Of a DNA stretch of 64,000 bases, positions 41,659 to 52,769 are shown one piece after another. The DNA is from an uncultured delta proteobacterium (GTDB lineage Bacteria; Myxococcota; Myxococcia; Myxococcales; Myxococcaceae): positions 64,001 to 128,000 of the forward strand of contig CAVYSY010000021.1 of NCBI GenBank assembly GCA_963771175.1, read 5' to 3'. Position numbers and translations under genes: made by a program. A model generated the notes under the pieces. It did not search any database. It was not told the DNA's origin and saw only the letters and a list, made by a program, of their open reading frames with translations. Every line of letters begins with the position of its first letter. Positions within the stretch are counted from its first letter, which is position 1.

Positions 41659-42618
41659 ATGGATTCCATCTCGCCTCGCCTCATTCCATTGCCCAACGGT
41701 CTGCGCATGCAAGCACTGGAGGCTGGCCCCGTCGATGGGCCGCTCGTGCTGCTGCTGCATGGTTTCCCCGAGTCCTCCGAGAGCTGGCGCGACGTGCTCC
41801 CGCTGCTGGCCGAGGCCGGCTTCCGTGCCATCGCGCCGGACCTGCGGGGCTACGGGGGCACGGATCGGCCCAAGGAGGGTTACGACCTCGATACGCTGGC
41901 CAACGATGTCGTCGAGCTGGCCCGCTTCCTCCAGCCGGGGCGGCCCGTGCATCTCGTGGGGCACGACTGGGGCGGGATCATCGCCTACCACGTGGCCGCC
42001 ACCCACCCGGAGGTGGTGGACCGGCTGGCCGTCGTCAACGCCCCGCATCCGGCGGTGATGGCGCGCGGCATCTGGAGGCCCGCGCAGCTCGTGAGCTCCT
42101 GGTACATCTTCTTCTTCCAACTGCCGTTCCTTCCCGAGCGACTCATCTCCGCGCGCGGCGGCGCCCTGGTGCCGTACCTCATCCGCCGGGCGATGGTGGA
42201 CCCGGCGCGCGTGCCGCCGGGAAGGCTGGCGGAGTACGAGGCCAACTTCTCGTCGCTCGAGGCGGCGCGCACGGCCCTCGCGTACTACCGCCAGATATTC
42301 CGCCGCACCGTCAGCTTGCGCGGACTGCGCGAGATGAGGCGCTACCCGCGCATCCGCGCTCCCTTCCTGCTCATCTGGGGCGAGCAGGACGTCGCCCTGC
42401 GCAAGGACCTCACGAAGGGGCTGGAGCCGTACTTCGAGCGGCGGCCCACCGTGCATTACCTGCCCGAGGAGGGCCACTTCGTGCCGCTGGAGGCGCCGGA
42501 GAAGGTGGCGGCGCTCCTCCTCGAGCACTTCTCCGTGGCGCGTCCCGAGGAGGCCTGGGGCGAGGCGGCGCGCACGGGAAGGGAAGGGCACGAGGAGCGC
42601 CCACCGCCTCCGGCGTGA
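41659..42618 (+). CDS. Alpha/beta hydrolase, epoxide-hydrolase-like
   Basis: LLHGFPE, PDLRGYG, GHDWGG, IWGEQD, GHF. Confidence 0.93.
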   Translation: MDSISPRLIPLPNGLRMQALEAGPVDGPLVLLLHGFPESSESWRDVLPLLAEAGFRAIAPDLRGYGGTDRPKEGYDLDTLANDVVELARFLQPGRPVHLVGHDWGGIIAYHVAATHPEVVDRLAVVNAPHPAVMARGIWRPAQLVSSWYIFFFQLPFLPERLISARGGALVPYLIRRAMVDPARVPPGRLAEYEANFSSLEAARTALAYYRQIFRRTVSLRGLREMRRYPRIRAPFLLIWGEQDVALRKDLTKGLEPYFERRPTVHYLPEEGHFVPLEAPEKVAALLLEHFSVARPEEAWGEAARTGREGHEERPPPPA

Positions 42619-42865
42619 CGGGCCGGCGCGGGGCGAGACGCTCACTCCGTTTGATGACCCGCCGGATGGGCCCGTCCTTCATGGGGGCCAAGCGTACCAG
42701 AGCGGCCTCCGGTGGCCCCGCTCGGTGGGGTTCCAGACAGGCTGCCCGGTTCCAGACGCGCTGCACGGTGTTCGAGGGGGGTCCTCCATCCAGTGACTTG
42801 GCGCGAGCGGAGGGCCGTGCTTCAAATCCCCAGTGCATCCTCAAACTTCCGGGGGAGAACCCAAC

Positions 42866-43381
42866 ATGACGTCATCGAAGCGTTCGCCGTGGTCGCTGTC
42901 CCTGGTGCTGCTCGCCGTCGCCACCATCGCCACCGGGTGCGCGGCCGCCCGCCGGGAGGCCTACATCCAGGACAAGGCGATGCAGCACGTGTACCGCAAG
43001 CCCATCGCCGAGGTGTGGCCGCAGGTCCGGTCGATGCTGCAGGAGAAGGAGCTGCCGCTGCGCGAGGCTCCCGGTGCGTATGAGATCAGCACCGACTGGC
43101 AGATGGTGGGCGCGCCCTCGTCGCTGGGCACCGCCTACGTGCGCTACCTGGTGCGCGGCAAGCAGCCGACCCCGGCCATGTGCGCGGTGGAGATCTTCAA
43201 GCAGAACCGCACCGAGGCCGGCCAGGGTCCGATGGACGCGCAGACCGGCCAGCGCCGGGAGATCGGCACGGACACCACCAACATGACGCGCGACATGGAG
43301 CTGGAGTGGGAGCTGCTGCAGCGCGTGGACCCCGAGGGGGCCAAGGCGCTGCGCGAGGATGCCGAGAAGAGCATCAAGTAG
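42866..43381 (+). CDS. Hypothetical lipoprotein
   Basis: GGAG RBS, lipobox ATGC. Confidence 0.75.
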   Translation: MTSSKRSPWSLSLVLLAVATIATGCAAARREAYIQDKAMQHVYRKPIAEVWPQVRSMLQEKELPLREAPGAYEISTDWQMVGAPSSLGTAYVRYLVRGKQPTPAMCAVEIFKQNRTEAGQGPMDAQTGQRREIGTDTTNMTRDMELEWELLQRVDPEGAKALREDAEKSIK

Positions 43382-43400
43382 CCCGAGCCGCCCCGAGCGC

Positions 43401-44327
43401 TCAATCGCGCAGGGGCAGCTCCACGGTGAGCCCGTCGAAAGCCACCTCGACGGGCCCCTTGAACTCCTCGCGGGCCTGCGTCGAGCAGCCGTGAGGGGTC
43501 GGTGTCGTGACGGCTGGACAGGTGCGTGAGGATGAGCCGCTTCGCGCCCGCCTCGCGCGCCACCTGCGCCGCCTCGCGCGCGGTCGAGTGCCGCGTCTCC
43601 TTCGCGCGCTCCTGCTCGTCGTCGGAGAAGGTGGACTCGTGGATGAGCAGGTCCGCGTCCTTCGCCGCCGCGCACCAGCGACTGGCACGGGCGGGTGTCG
43701 CCGCTGATGACCAGCCGCCGTCCGGGCCGCGGCGTCGCCCAGCACCTCCTCGGGATGGATGGTGCGGCCGTCCGGCAGCGTCACCGTCTCGCCGCGCTGG
43801 AGCTGTCCGAAGTCGGGCCCGGACGGAATCCCCATCGCCAGCGCCTGCTCCAGGTTGAACTTGCCCGGGCGCTCGTCCTCCTGCAGCACGTAGCCGAGCG
43901 CGTTGATGCGGTGGTCCACCCCCACCGCGTGCACCGTGTAGCCGCGCCGCTCCACCTTGTCGCCGTCGCGCAGCTCGTGATCTCCACGGGGAAGGCGAGC
44001 GACTCCACGCCCAGGTGCACCGCCTGGTGCAGCAGCCGCCGCGCCGGAGGCGGGCCGTAGAGCTGTCACGGCGTGCTCGCGCCCATTCATCCCCAGCGTG
44101 CGCAGGAAGCCGATGATTCCCAGGTAGTGGTCGGCGTGGAAGTGGGTGAAGAAGACGGCATCCACGGTGAACCCGGTGCCGAAGCGCACCATCTGCCGCT
44201 GGCTGCCCTCGCCGCAGTCGAAGAGGAGCAGGTCCGCGTCCGCCTTCACCGCCAACCCGGACAGGTTGCGGTGCAGCGTCGGCTGGGCGGCCGAGGTGCC
44301 GAGGAATGTGAGCCTGAGAATGGACAT
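43401..44327 (-). CDS. rnz: Ribonuclease Z, several frameshifts
   Basis: TFLGTSAA.PT..RN, FDCGEG, THFHADH, GIPSGP exosite, LIHESTF, HST, LTHLSSR. Confidence 0.93.
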   Translation of the reverse strand: MSILRLTFLGTSAAQPTLHRNLSGLAVKADADLLLFDCGEGSQRQMVRFGTGFTVDAVFFTHFHADHYLGIIGFLRTLGMNGREHAVTALRPASGAAAAAPGGAPGRGVARLPRGDHELRDGDKVERRGYTVHAVGVDHRINALGYVLQEDERPGKFNLEQALAMGIPSGPDFGQLQRGETVTLPDGRTIHPEEVLGDAAARTAAGHQRRHPPVPVAGARRRRTRTCSSTSPPSPTTSRSARRRRGTRPRARRRRWRARRARSGSSSRTCPAVTTPTPHGCSTQAREEFKGPVEVAFDGLTVELPLRD

Positions 44328-44459
44328 GCGGCGCTGCCCACGATGGAAGTCCCTCCCGCGCAGCGTCCGTGCGCTGGCGACATGCCCCATGTACCACGAG
44401 GTTGACGCCGGGGCGCTTCCCCCTCTGACGCCGGGTGCGCTATGAGGCGCCGCCCCGAC

Positions 44460-45152
<693 letters not shown>

Positions 45153-45211
45153 CGGACCGGGTTGCCAGACAGTTCTTCTTAAGTGTTGAATAAGTAACGA
45201 ATGTCAGATTC

Positions 45212-45261
45212 CTGACCCGTGATTCAGAAACCCCCCTGGCGGTTTCTGACCAGCGGGTTAG
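45212..45261 (+). promoter_or_regulatory. Candidate TetR operator region
   Basis: Imperfect palindromes CTGACCCGTGATTCAG and CTGACCAGCGGGTTAG plus the TCAGAAACC..GGTTTCTGA inverted repeat, just upstream of the tetR ATG. Confidence 0.5.
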
Positions 45262-45274
45262 TAATGCGCGCGTC

Positions 45275-46042
45275 ATGGCCCGTCCCGCCGACCCCCACGC
45301 TCGCGCCGCGCTCAGCTCCGCCGCCCGGGCGGAGTTCGTGAAGAAGGGCATCCGTGGGGCGCGCATCGAGGACATCACCGCCGCGTGTGGCCTCTCCAAG
45401 GGCGCCTTCTACCTGCACTACGCCTCCAAGGAGGCCCTCTTCAGCGAGGTGGTGGGCGAGTTCCTGGGGGCCATGGACCGGGTCATCGTCCAGCGGCTGG
45501 AGCGCACGGAGCGGTTCTTCGCCGAGCACGGCCCGCTGGAGGCGAGCGACGTGGCCCAGCGCTCCGAGCGCTACGAGAGCCTGGTGGCGATGAACGCCGA
45601 GGGCGACCTGCGGACGCTGGAGTTGATGTGGGCCTACCGCGACGTGATGCACGTCCTCATGCGCGGCAGCCAGGGCACCGACTTCGAGTCGGTGATGTGG
45701 GGCATGGTGGACCGCGAGGTGGCGCGGGTGTCGCAGGAGTTTCAGCGGGCGCAGGCCAACCAGGCGTGCCGCTCGGACGTGCCTCCCGCGGTCATCGGCT
45801 CGCTCATCGTCGGCACGTACCTGCTGCTGGCGCAGCAGATGAGCCAGATGGAGCAGAAGCCGGACCTGTCGGCCTGGGCCAGCTCGCTCCACCGCCTCAT
45901 CCGCGAGGGCAGCCTGCCGCCCGGCTTCACCGCCGTGCGCGCGTTCGGGGCCGCGCCCGCACCGAAGAAGAAGACTTCCCCGCGTCGGCCCAAGGCCCGC
46001 GCGCTCTCTCGTACCCGTAACACCTCGAGGTCAGGATCGTGA
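45275..46042 (+). CDS. TetR/AcrR-family regulator of the efflux operon
   Basis: IEDITAACGLSKGAFYLHYASKEALF. Confidence 0.92.
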   Translation: MARPADPHARAALSSAARAEFVKKGIRGARIEDITAACGLSKGAFYLHYASKEALFSEVVGEFLGAMDRVIVQRLERTERFFAEHGPLEASDVAQRSERYESLVAMNAEGDLRTLELMWAYRDVMHVLMRGSQGTDFESVMWGMVDREVARVSQEFQRAQANQACRSDVPPAVIGSLIVGTYLLLAQQMSQMEQKPDLSAWASSLHRLIREGSLPPGFTAVRAFGAAPAPKKKTSPRRPKARALSRTRNTSRSGS

Positions 46043-47142
46043 AACTCTCCAGGACGCCCTTCGTCGCCGGGCTCGCCGCCGTGGGCGTGGCCGCCGCGGT
46101 GCTTCCCTTCTCCGGCTGCAAGGGGGACGCCACCCCGCCCGCCGCCGCCAAGGCCGCCACCGCGCAGGAGATGCCCACGGTGACGCTCGTCACTCCCAAC
46201 CCGGTGCAGGCCGCGCCGCGCGAGGAGGTGACGGGCACGCTCTTCCCCGCCCAGGCCCTCCAGGTGGGCTTCGAGGTGGGTGGCCGCCTGGAGAAGGTGC
46301 GCGTGAAGAAGGGCCAGACGGTGCAGGAGGGCCAGGTGCTCGCGCAGCTCAACGCGGAGATCTCCGACGCGCAGCTCGCCCAGGCCCAGGCCGCGGTGGC
46401 CGCCGCCGAGGTGGGTGCCTCCATGGCCACCGACGTGGCCGGACGCAACTCGAAGCTGCAGCAGCAGGGCAACGTGAGCGACCTGCAGAACCTCACCACC
46501 ACCACCCAGGCGAAGCAGGCCGAGGCGCAGCTCCTCGCCGCCAAGGCGCAGCTCGCCCAGGCGCAGGCGGGCCGCCGCAAGCACGACCTGAAGGTGCCCT
46601 TCTCCGGCACCGTCGTCGACGCGCCCGAGCAGGTGGGCGCCATCGTGGGCCCGGGCGTGCCCCTCTTCGGGGTGGAGAACCTGGAGACGCTGCTGCTGAA
46701 GACGACGGTGGCCGAGTCCGCGCGGGCTCGCCTCAAGCCGGGCACCCAGGTGCGCGTGGAGGTCATCGGTGGCGGCGCCTCCACGGACGAGGCCGTCATC
46801 CGCACCATCATCTCCTCGGCGGACGGGGCCACGCGCCGCATCCCGGTGGACATCCTGGTGCCCAACAAGGACGGCCGCTTCGTGGCCAACACCCTGGCGC
46901 GCGTCATCCTCCCCATGGGCGAGACGCAGGAGGCCCAGTCCATCCCGGTCTCCGCGCTGTCCTCTTCCGGCGGTGACCACGTCCTCGTGGTGGGCACCTC
47001 CAGCGAGGTGCGCCGCGTGGACGTGCAGGTGCTGGAGCGCCGCATGCGCGAGGTGGTGGTGAAGGCCGCCGCCCCGCTGGACAAGGTCGTCGAATTCCCC
47101 ACGCCGGCCCTCTCCGAGGGCACTCGCGTCTCCGTGAAGTAA
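46039..47142 (+). CDS. RND efflux periplasmic adaptor (MFP) lipoprotein
   Basis: Lipobox FSGC, VKKGQTVQEGQVLAQL lipoyl motif, PFSGTV; GTGA overlap with tetR. Confidence 0.92.
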   Translation: MKLSRTPFVAGLAAVGVAAAVLPFSGCKGDATPPAAAKAATAQEMPTVTLVTPNPVQAAPREEVTGTLFPAQALQVGFEVGGRLEKVRVKKGQTVQEGQVLAQLNAEISDAQLAQAQAAVAAAEVGASMATDVAGRNSKLQQQGNVSDLQNLTTTTQAKQAEAQLLAAKAQLAQAQAGRRKHDLKVPFSGTVVDAPEQVGAIVGPGVPLFGVENLETLLLKTTVAESARARLKPGTQVRVEVIGGGASTDEAVIRTIISSADGATRRIPVDILVPNKDGRFVANTLARVILPMGETQEAQSIPVSALSSSGGDHVLVVGTSSEVRRVDVQVLERRMREVVVKAAAPLDKVVEFPTPALSEGTRVSVK

Positions 47143-47174
47143 TCCCCGCCGCACGATTCCAGGGCGTCCCCCCC

Positions 47175-50100
47175 ATGCTCCTCAGCGACGTCTCCATTCG
47201 CCGGCCGGTCTTCACGGCCATGCTGTCCTTCTGCCTCATCGTGCTCGGGGTGATGGGCTACACCCGCCTGGGCACCGATCTCTTCCCGGACGTCACCTTC
47301 CCGGTGGTGGTGGTCAACACCGTCTACCGGGGCGCGGGCCCCGGTGAGATCGAGACCCAGGTGATCAAGCCGATCGAGGACGCGGTCGCGGGCATCAGCG
47401 GCGTGGACAAGATCCACTCCTCGAGCCGCGAGAACGTCGGCATGGTGGTGGTGCAGTTCAAGCTGTCCGTCGACCTGGACCAAGCGGTGCAGGAGGTGCG
47501 CGACAAGGTGCTCGGGCATCGCCAACAAGCTGCCGCAGGACGCGGATTCGCCCGGTGGTGGGCCGCGTGGACATCGCCGCGGTGCCCGTCCTCACCTACG
47601 CGGCGAGCGCGCAGGTGGACTCGCGCACGGTGCGCAAGATCATCGAGGACAAGCTCAAGCCCTCGCTGGCGCAGCTCGAGGGCGTGGCGGACGTGCGCAT
47701 CAACGGCGGCGACGTGCGCGAAGATCCAGGTGGACGTCGACCTGGACAAGGCGCGCGCGGTGGGCGTGTCCGTGATGGACCTGGCCCAGCGCATCGGCAT
47801 GGAGAACCTGGACCTGCCGGCGGGCCGGTTGCAGCTGGGGCCCACCGAGCTGACGGTGCGCTCGCTGGGGCAGTTCAAGAACGTGGAGGAGCTGCGCCAG
47901 CTCCCGGTGGCCCAGAGCCGCACGGGCGCCCAGGTGCGGCTGGAGGAGATCGCCACCGTCACCGACGGGGTGGTCGAGCGGCGCACCATGGCGCGCCTCA
48001 ACGGCGCGGACGCGGTCATCCTCGAGGTCATCAAGCAGCCCGGCTCCAACACCGTGGCGGTGAGCGACGCGGTGAAGAAGGCGATGGGCAAGCTGGTGCC
48101 CGCCTTGGGCCACGGCTTCCAGACCCGGCTGCTCATCGACCAGTCGGTGGACATCCGCGAGAACGCCCACGAGGTGTGGGTCGCCCTCGTCTTCGGCGGC
48201 GCGATGGCGGTGCTCATCATCCTGGTGTTCCTGTTGGATCCTCGCGGCACCTTCATCTCCTCGTTGGCGCTGCCCACCTCCGTCATCGGCACCTTCTTCG
48301 TGATGTACGTGCTGGACTACACGCTCAACCAGATGACGCTGCTGGCGCTGTCGCTGGCCATCGGTCTGCTCATCGACGACGCGGTGGTGGTGCGCGAGGC
48401 CATCACCCACCGCCTGGAGCAGGGCGAGGATCCGGTGAGCGCGGCCTCCAATGGCACCAAGGACGTGGGACTGGCGGTGCTCGCCACCACGTTCGCCCTG
48501 GTGGCGGTGTTCGTCCCGGTGGCCTTCATGCCGGGCATGGTGGGCCAGTTCTTCCAGCAGTTCGGCATCACCATCTCGATGGCGGTGCTCATCTCGCTGT
48601 TCATCTCCTTCACGTTGGACCCGATGCTGTCCGCGCGTCTGGCGAAGCAGCGGCAGGTGGGCGAGCACCACCAGGAGAACGCGGTGGCCAGCGCCATCCG
48701 CCGCTTCCTGGACGGCAGCGAGCGCGTCTACTCGGACATCCTGCGCTGGGTGCTCGACCACAAGTGGCTCACCACGGGCATCACCGTGGGGGTGATGGTG
48801 GTGTCCTTCGGGGCCGCCAGCCGCCTGGGCATGGAGTTCATCTCGGCCGAGGACCGCTCGCAGTTCATCGTGCAGCTCATCCTGCCCGACGCCTCCAGCC
48901 TGGAGCAGACGAGGGTGCGCGTGGCGGAGGCCGAGAAGCTCCTCAAGGGCATCCCCGAGGTGACGGACGTCTACGCCATCGTGGGTGAGAACGGCGATGT
49001 GAACAAGGCGCGCATCCGTGTGCTCACCAAGGACAAGCAGTCGCGCGAGCGGGGCATCCAGGCCCTCAAGGAGGAGGCCCGCGCGCTGCTCACCCCGGCG
49101 CTGCCCGCCACCCGCATCAACCTGCAGGACCTGCCCATCATCGAGGGCCTGGGCGGCGACTTCTTCCCCATCATGGTGCGCGTCATCGGCCCGGAGCTGG
49201 ACGACCGATCCACCAGGAGGCCGAGCGCATCGCCCAGATTCTGCGCGACATCCCGGGCACCGCGCGACGTGCGGGTGGAGTTCAATCCGCCCAAGCCGGA
49301 GCTGACCATCGAGATGGACCGGGCGCGCGCCAAGGACCTGGGCGTGAGCGCCGCGGCCATCGGCCATGCAGCTGCGCCTGGCCATCGGCGGTGACGTGGC
49401 CGCCAAGCTGCGCGAGGGCGTCGACGAGACGGACATCCGCGTGCGCCTGAGCGAGCGCGACCGCGCCACCCCCGAGCGCGTGCGGCGATCAGCTCGCCAC
49501 GCCCAAGGGGCTCGTCCCGGTGACGGACGTGGCGAAGGTGGAGCTGCGCGACGGGCCGAGCGTCATCGAGCACGAGAACCGCGAGCGGCAGATCGCCATC
49601 TTCTCCCAGCTCAAGGCGCCCCGCTGGGTGACGTGGCCAGCGAAGCTCAAGGCAGAAGCTTGGCCGAGCAGCCGCTGCCCCGGGCTACTCGCTCATCTAC
49701 GACGGGCAGATGAAGATGCTGACCGAGCAGAACGATCGCCTTCAGCCCGCGTTCGTGCTCGCCTTCGTCTTCATCTACATGGTGCTCGCCACCCAGTTCG
49801 AGAGCTTCAAGCACCCCTTCACCATCATGGTGTCGCTGCCGCTGGCGCTGGTGGGCGCGCTGCTGGCGCCTGTTCGTCACCGGCTACCACCGTGTCCATG
49901 GGCGCGATGATCGGCATCATCCTGTTGATGGGCCTGGTGACCAAGAACGCCATCCTCCTGGTGGACGGCGCGCTGCAGTACCTGCGCGAGGGCGCCACGG
50001 TGGACGAGGCGCTGCTGAAGGCCGGCCCGCGCCGCTGCGCCCCATCCTCATGACCGAGCGCCGCCATGGCCATCGGCATGGTGCCCACCGCCATCGGCAA

Positions 50101-50308
50101 GGGCGTGGGCTCCGAGTTCCGCGCCCCCATGGCCATCGCCGTCATCGGCGGCGTCATCACCTCCACCTTCCTCACGCTCCTGGTGGTGCCGGTGGTGTTC
50201 GCGGCCATGGAGCGGCTGGGCTTCTCCAAGCGAGCCCAGAAGAAGGACGTGACTCCGGTCACGCCCTCCCAGGAGTCCCAGGAGCAGCAGCCCGGCCGCG
50301 CCGCCTGA
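47175..50308 (+). CDS. RND (AcrB-family) efflux permease, several frameshifts
   Basis: [56 protein letters not shown]. Confidence 0.93.
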
Positions 50309-50358
50309 GCGGCCCCCGGGCGCTGCCCCCTTCCCCGTTCCTTCGAGTCACGCACCTC

Positions 50359-51813
50359 ATGAGCCTCCGAATCGTCGCCGGGTCCGCCCGGCGTCCCCTC
50401 TCCCTCGTCCTCCTCGCCGCCCTCTCGCCGCTCGGCGCGCTCGCCCAGGCGCCCGCCTCCACTCCCCAGCAGGCTCCCGCCGCGCAGCCTGGCCCGGCGG
50501 CGGCTCCCGCTCCCGGCACGCTCCGCACGGTGACGCTGCAGGAGGCGCTCTCTCTCGCCGCGAAGCAGGGCCCGGACGTGGCCGCTGCCCGCGCCCAGGC
50601 CGCCGTGGCCGCCGCCGGAGTCCGCCGCGCCTGGACGGCCTGGCAGCCCGAGGTGACGCTCAGCGGCCAGTTCGTCCACACCAGCGCTCCGGCCACGCTG
50701 GACCTCGGCGGCTTCGTCCAGCTCGTGGGGGGCGTGTACCAGCTCCAGCCGGTGAACCCGGGCATCATCCCGCCGCCCGTCGCCATCTCGGCGGAGAACT
50801 CGCGCTACGCGACGGCTCAAATCTCCCAGCCCCTCTTCACCCCGGCCGGTGTCTTCCTCATCGGCCCGGCGAAGGCGGGCGCGGAGGCGGCGGAGCTGGG
50901 CGCCCTGGAGGCTCGCGAGCAGGTGCTGCTGGCGGTGGCTCGCACCTACCTGGGGTTGGAGGGCATCTCGGGGATGATGGACGCGGCGCGAGAGGCGGAG
51001 CAGGTGGCCCTCCAGCGTGAGCGCGAGTCCAAGGCGCAGCTCGACGTGGGCATGACGGTGGAGGCGGCGCTGCTGCGGGCCCAGGCGGAGACGGCCCAGG
51101 CGCGCGTGCAGCTCGCGCAGCTCTCCGGCCAGTACGTGCAGCTCCAGGCGATGTTGGGCGCGCTGGTGGGCGAGCCGGTGCAGCCGGCCCCGCTGGAGAC
51201 CCCCGGTCCCCGGTGGGAGATTCCCTCCGACGACCAGAGCCCCTGGGACGACACCTACGCGGTGCGCTCGGCCGCGAAGGCGGTGAAGGCCAACGAGGGC
51301 AAGGTGACGTACGACCGGTTCTCGTGGCTGCCGAGCGTGGCCGCCATCGCCAAGGGCAACTACAACTCCAACACCGGCTTCACCGGGCAGACGATGACCT
51401 ACGACCTCATCCTGGCGGCCTCCATGCCGCTGTACGACCGGGGGCAGCGCTACGCGGCGCTCCGCGAGGACGAGGCCCGGCTGGCGCAGGCCAGGGCTCA
51501 GTATGAGTCGGCGCGCGCCAGGTCCCGCGCGAACTGGGTGGCGGCGAAGGCCAATGTGGAGGCTGCCGAGGCCGCGCTGGCCCAGGCCGAGGCCCAGGCG
51601 CAGCTCGCGGCCCGGGTGCAGCAGCAGGTGGCGGCGGCCTACAAGGCTGGGATGTCCACCAGCCTGGAGATGTCGGACGCGGACACGCGGCGCTTCCTCG
51701 CCGCCAGCGCCGCGGCCCAGTCCCGGGCCATGCTGGAAATCCGCCGGGCGGAGCTGGCCGGCGCGGCGGGACGCATCGCCGCCTCGCTCGAGCAGGAGCA
51801 GCAGACGGAGTGA
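50359..51813 (+). CDS. TolC-family outer membrane efflux protein
   Basis: Signal peptide, TLQEALSLA..P, SQPLF, MPLYDRG, YKAG...LE pattern. Confidence 0.88.
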   Translation: MSLRIVAGSARRPLSLVLLAALSPLGALAQAPASTPQQAPAAQPGPAAAPAPGTLRTVTLQEALSLAAKQGPDVAAARAQAAVAAAGVRRAWTAWQPEVTLSGQFVHTSAPATLDLGGFVQLVGGVYQLQPVNPGIIPPPVAISAENSRYATAQISQPLFTPAGVFLIGPAKAGAEAAELGALEAREQVLLAVARTYLGLEGISGMMDAAREAEQVALQRERESKAQLDVGMTVEAALLRAQAETAQARVQLAQLSGQYVQLQAMLGALVGEPVQPAPLETPGPRWEIPSDDQSPWDDTYAVRSAAKAVKANEGKVTYDRFSWLPSVAAIAKGNYNSNTGFTGQTMTYDLILAASMPLYDRGQRYAALREDEARLAQARAQYESARARSRANWVAAKANVEAAEAALAQAEAQAQLAARVQQQVAAAYKAGMSTSLEMSDADTRRFLAASAAAQSRAMLEIRRAELAGAAGRIAASLEQEQQTE

Positions 51814-52298
51814 GCGCGGGCGAGGCGCCAGCTCCGGGGCTGCTCGCGGTGGACCTCGGGCTGCGCTCGGGGCTGGCCCTGTACGGCCCCGACGGAAGGC
51901 TGCGCTGGTATCGCTCGCAGAACTTCGGCTCGCAGTCCCGGCTCAAGCGCGCGGTGCCCGCGGTGCTGCACTCGGCCGGGCCGCTCGCGTGGCTGGTGCT
52001 GGAGGGTGGGGGACCCATCGCCGACGTGTGGGAGCGCGAGGCCGCACGGCGGGCCCTCCCCGTGCTGCGGGTATCCGCCCAGGACTGGCGTGCCCGGCTC
52101 CTCTATGCCCGCGAGCAGCGCAGTGGTGGGCTCGCGAAGGATGCGGCGGATGGGCTCGCGCGCCGGGTCATCGAGTGGTCCGGCGCGCCCCGGCCCACCT
52201 CGCTGCGACACGACGCGGCCGAGGCCGTGCTGCTCGGGCTGTGGGCCGCGCTGGAGGTGGGGTGGTTGGCGCAGGTGCCTCCCGAGGTGCGGCGGTAG
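51810..52298 (+). CDS. Small RNase H/RuvC-like fold protein
   Basis: LLAVDLG...GLA, WLVLEG, HDAAEAVL; GTGA overlap with tolC. Confidence 0.65.
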   Translation: MSAGEAPAPGLLAVDLGLRSGLALYGPDGRLRWYRSQNFGSQSRLKRAVPAVLHSAGPLAWLVLEGGGPIADVWEREAARRALPVLRVSAQDWRARLLYAREQRSGGLAKDAADGLARRVIEWSGAPRPTSLRHDAAEAVLLGLWAALEVGWLAQVPPEVRR

Positions 52299-52380
52299 GA
52301 CGTCCTGACGTCAGGCGCGCTTGGAGCTCTCTCCCGTCACGACCGATGACACGGGGCAGGGGAGGCAGTCGCATGCGCGC

Positions 52381-52417
52381 AAAAAGAAAGAGCCCGACCC
52401 CAGACGAGGTCGGGCTC
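52381..52417 (-). terminator. Intrinsic terminator of the cold-shock gene
   Basis: GAGCCCGACC/GGTCGGGCTC stem with an A-run on the plus strand (U-tail on minus). Confidence 0.8.
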
Positions 52418-52439
52418 CAGGAATCATCAGTGTTGCGGA

Positions 52440-52646
52440 CTAGCTGGCCGCGCGGACGTTCTGCGCCTGCAGGCCCTTGGGGCCCTTGGTCACTTCGAAC
52501 TCCACGCGCTGACCCTCGGCCAGGGTGCGGAAGCCATCCATGTTGATGGCCGTGTGGTGGCAGAACACGTCCTCACCACCGCCGTCCTGCGTGATGAACC
52601 CGAAGCCCTTCGCATCGTTGAACCACTTGACAGTACCAGTTGCCAT
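52440..52646 (-). CDS. Cold-shock protein (CspA family)
   Basis: [37 protein letters not shown]. Confidence 0.97.
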   Translation of the reverse strand: MATGTVKWFNDAKGFGFITQDGGGEDVFCHHTAINMDGFRTLAEGQRVEFEVTKGPKGLQAQNVRAAS

Positions 52647-52769
52647 GAATCGTTCTTCTTTCGTTACAGGCGGCGCCCGCCGCCTCTCGGCTCGGACTTG
52701 AGCCGGGGTCTAAATGCGTAGTCCGTCCGCTCTCGAATGTCGAGTGGTCGTCCCCCCGAAGTGTTCAGT

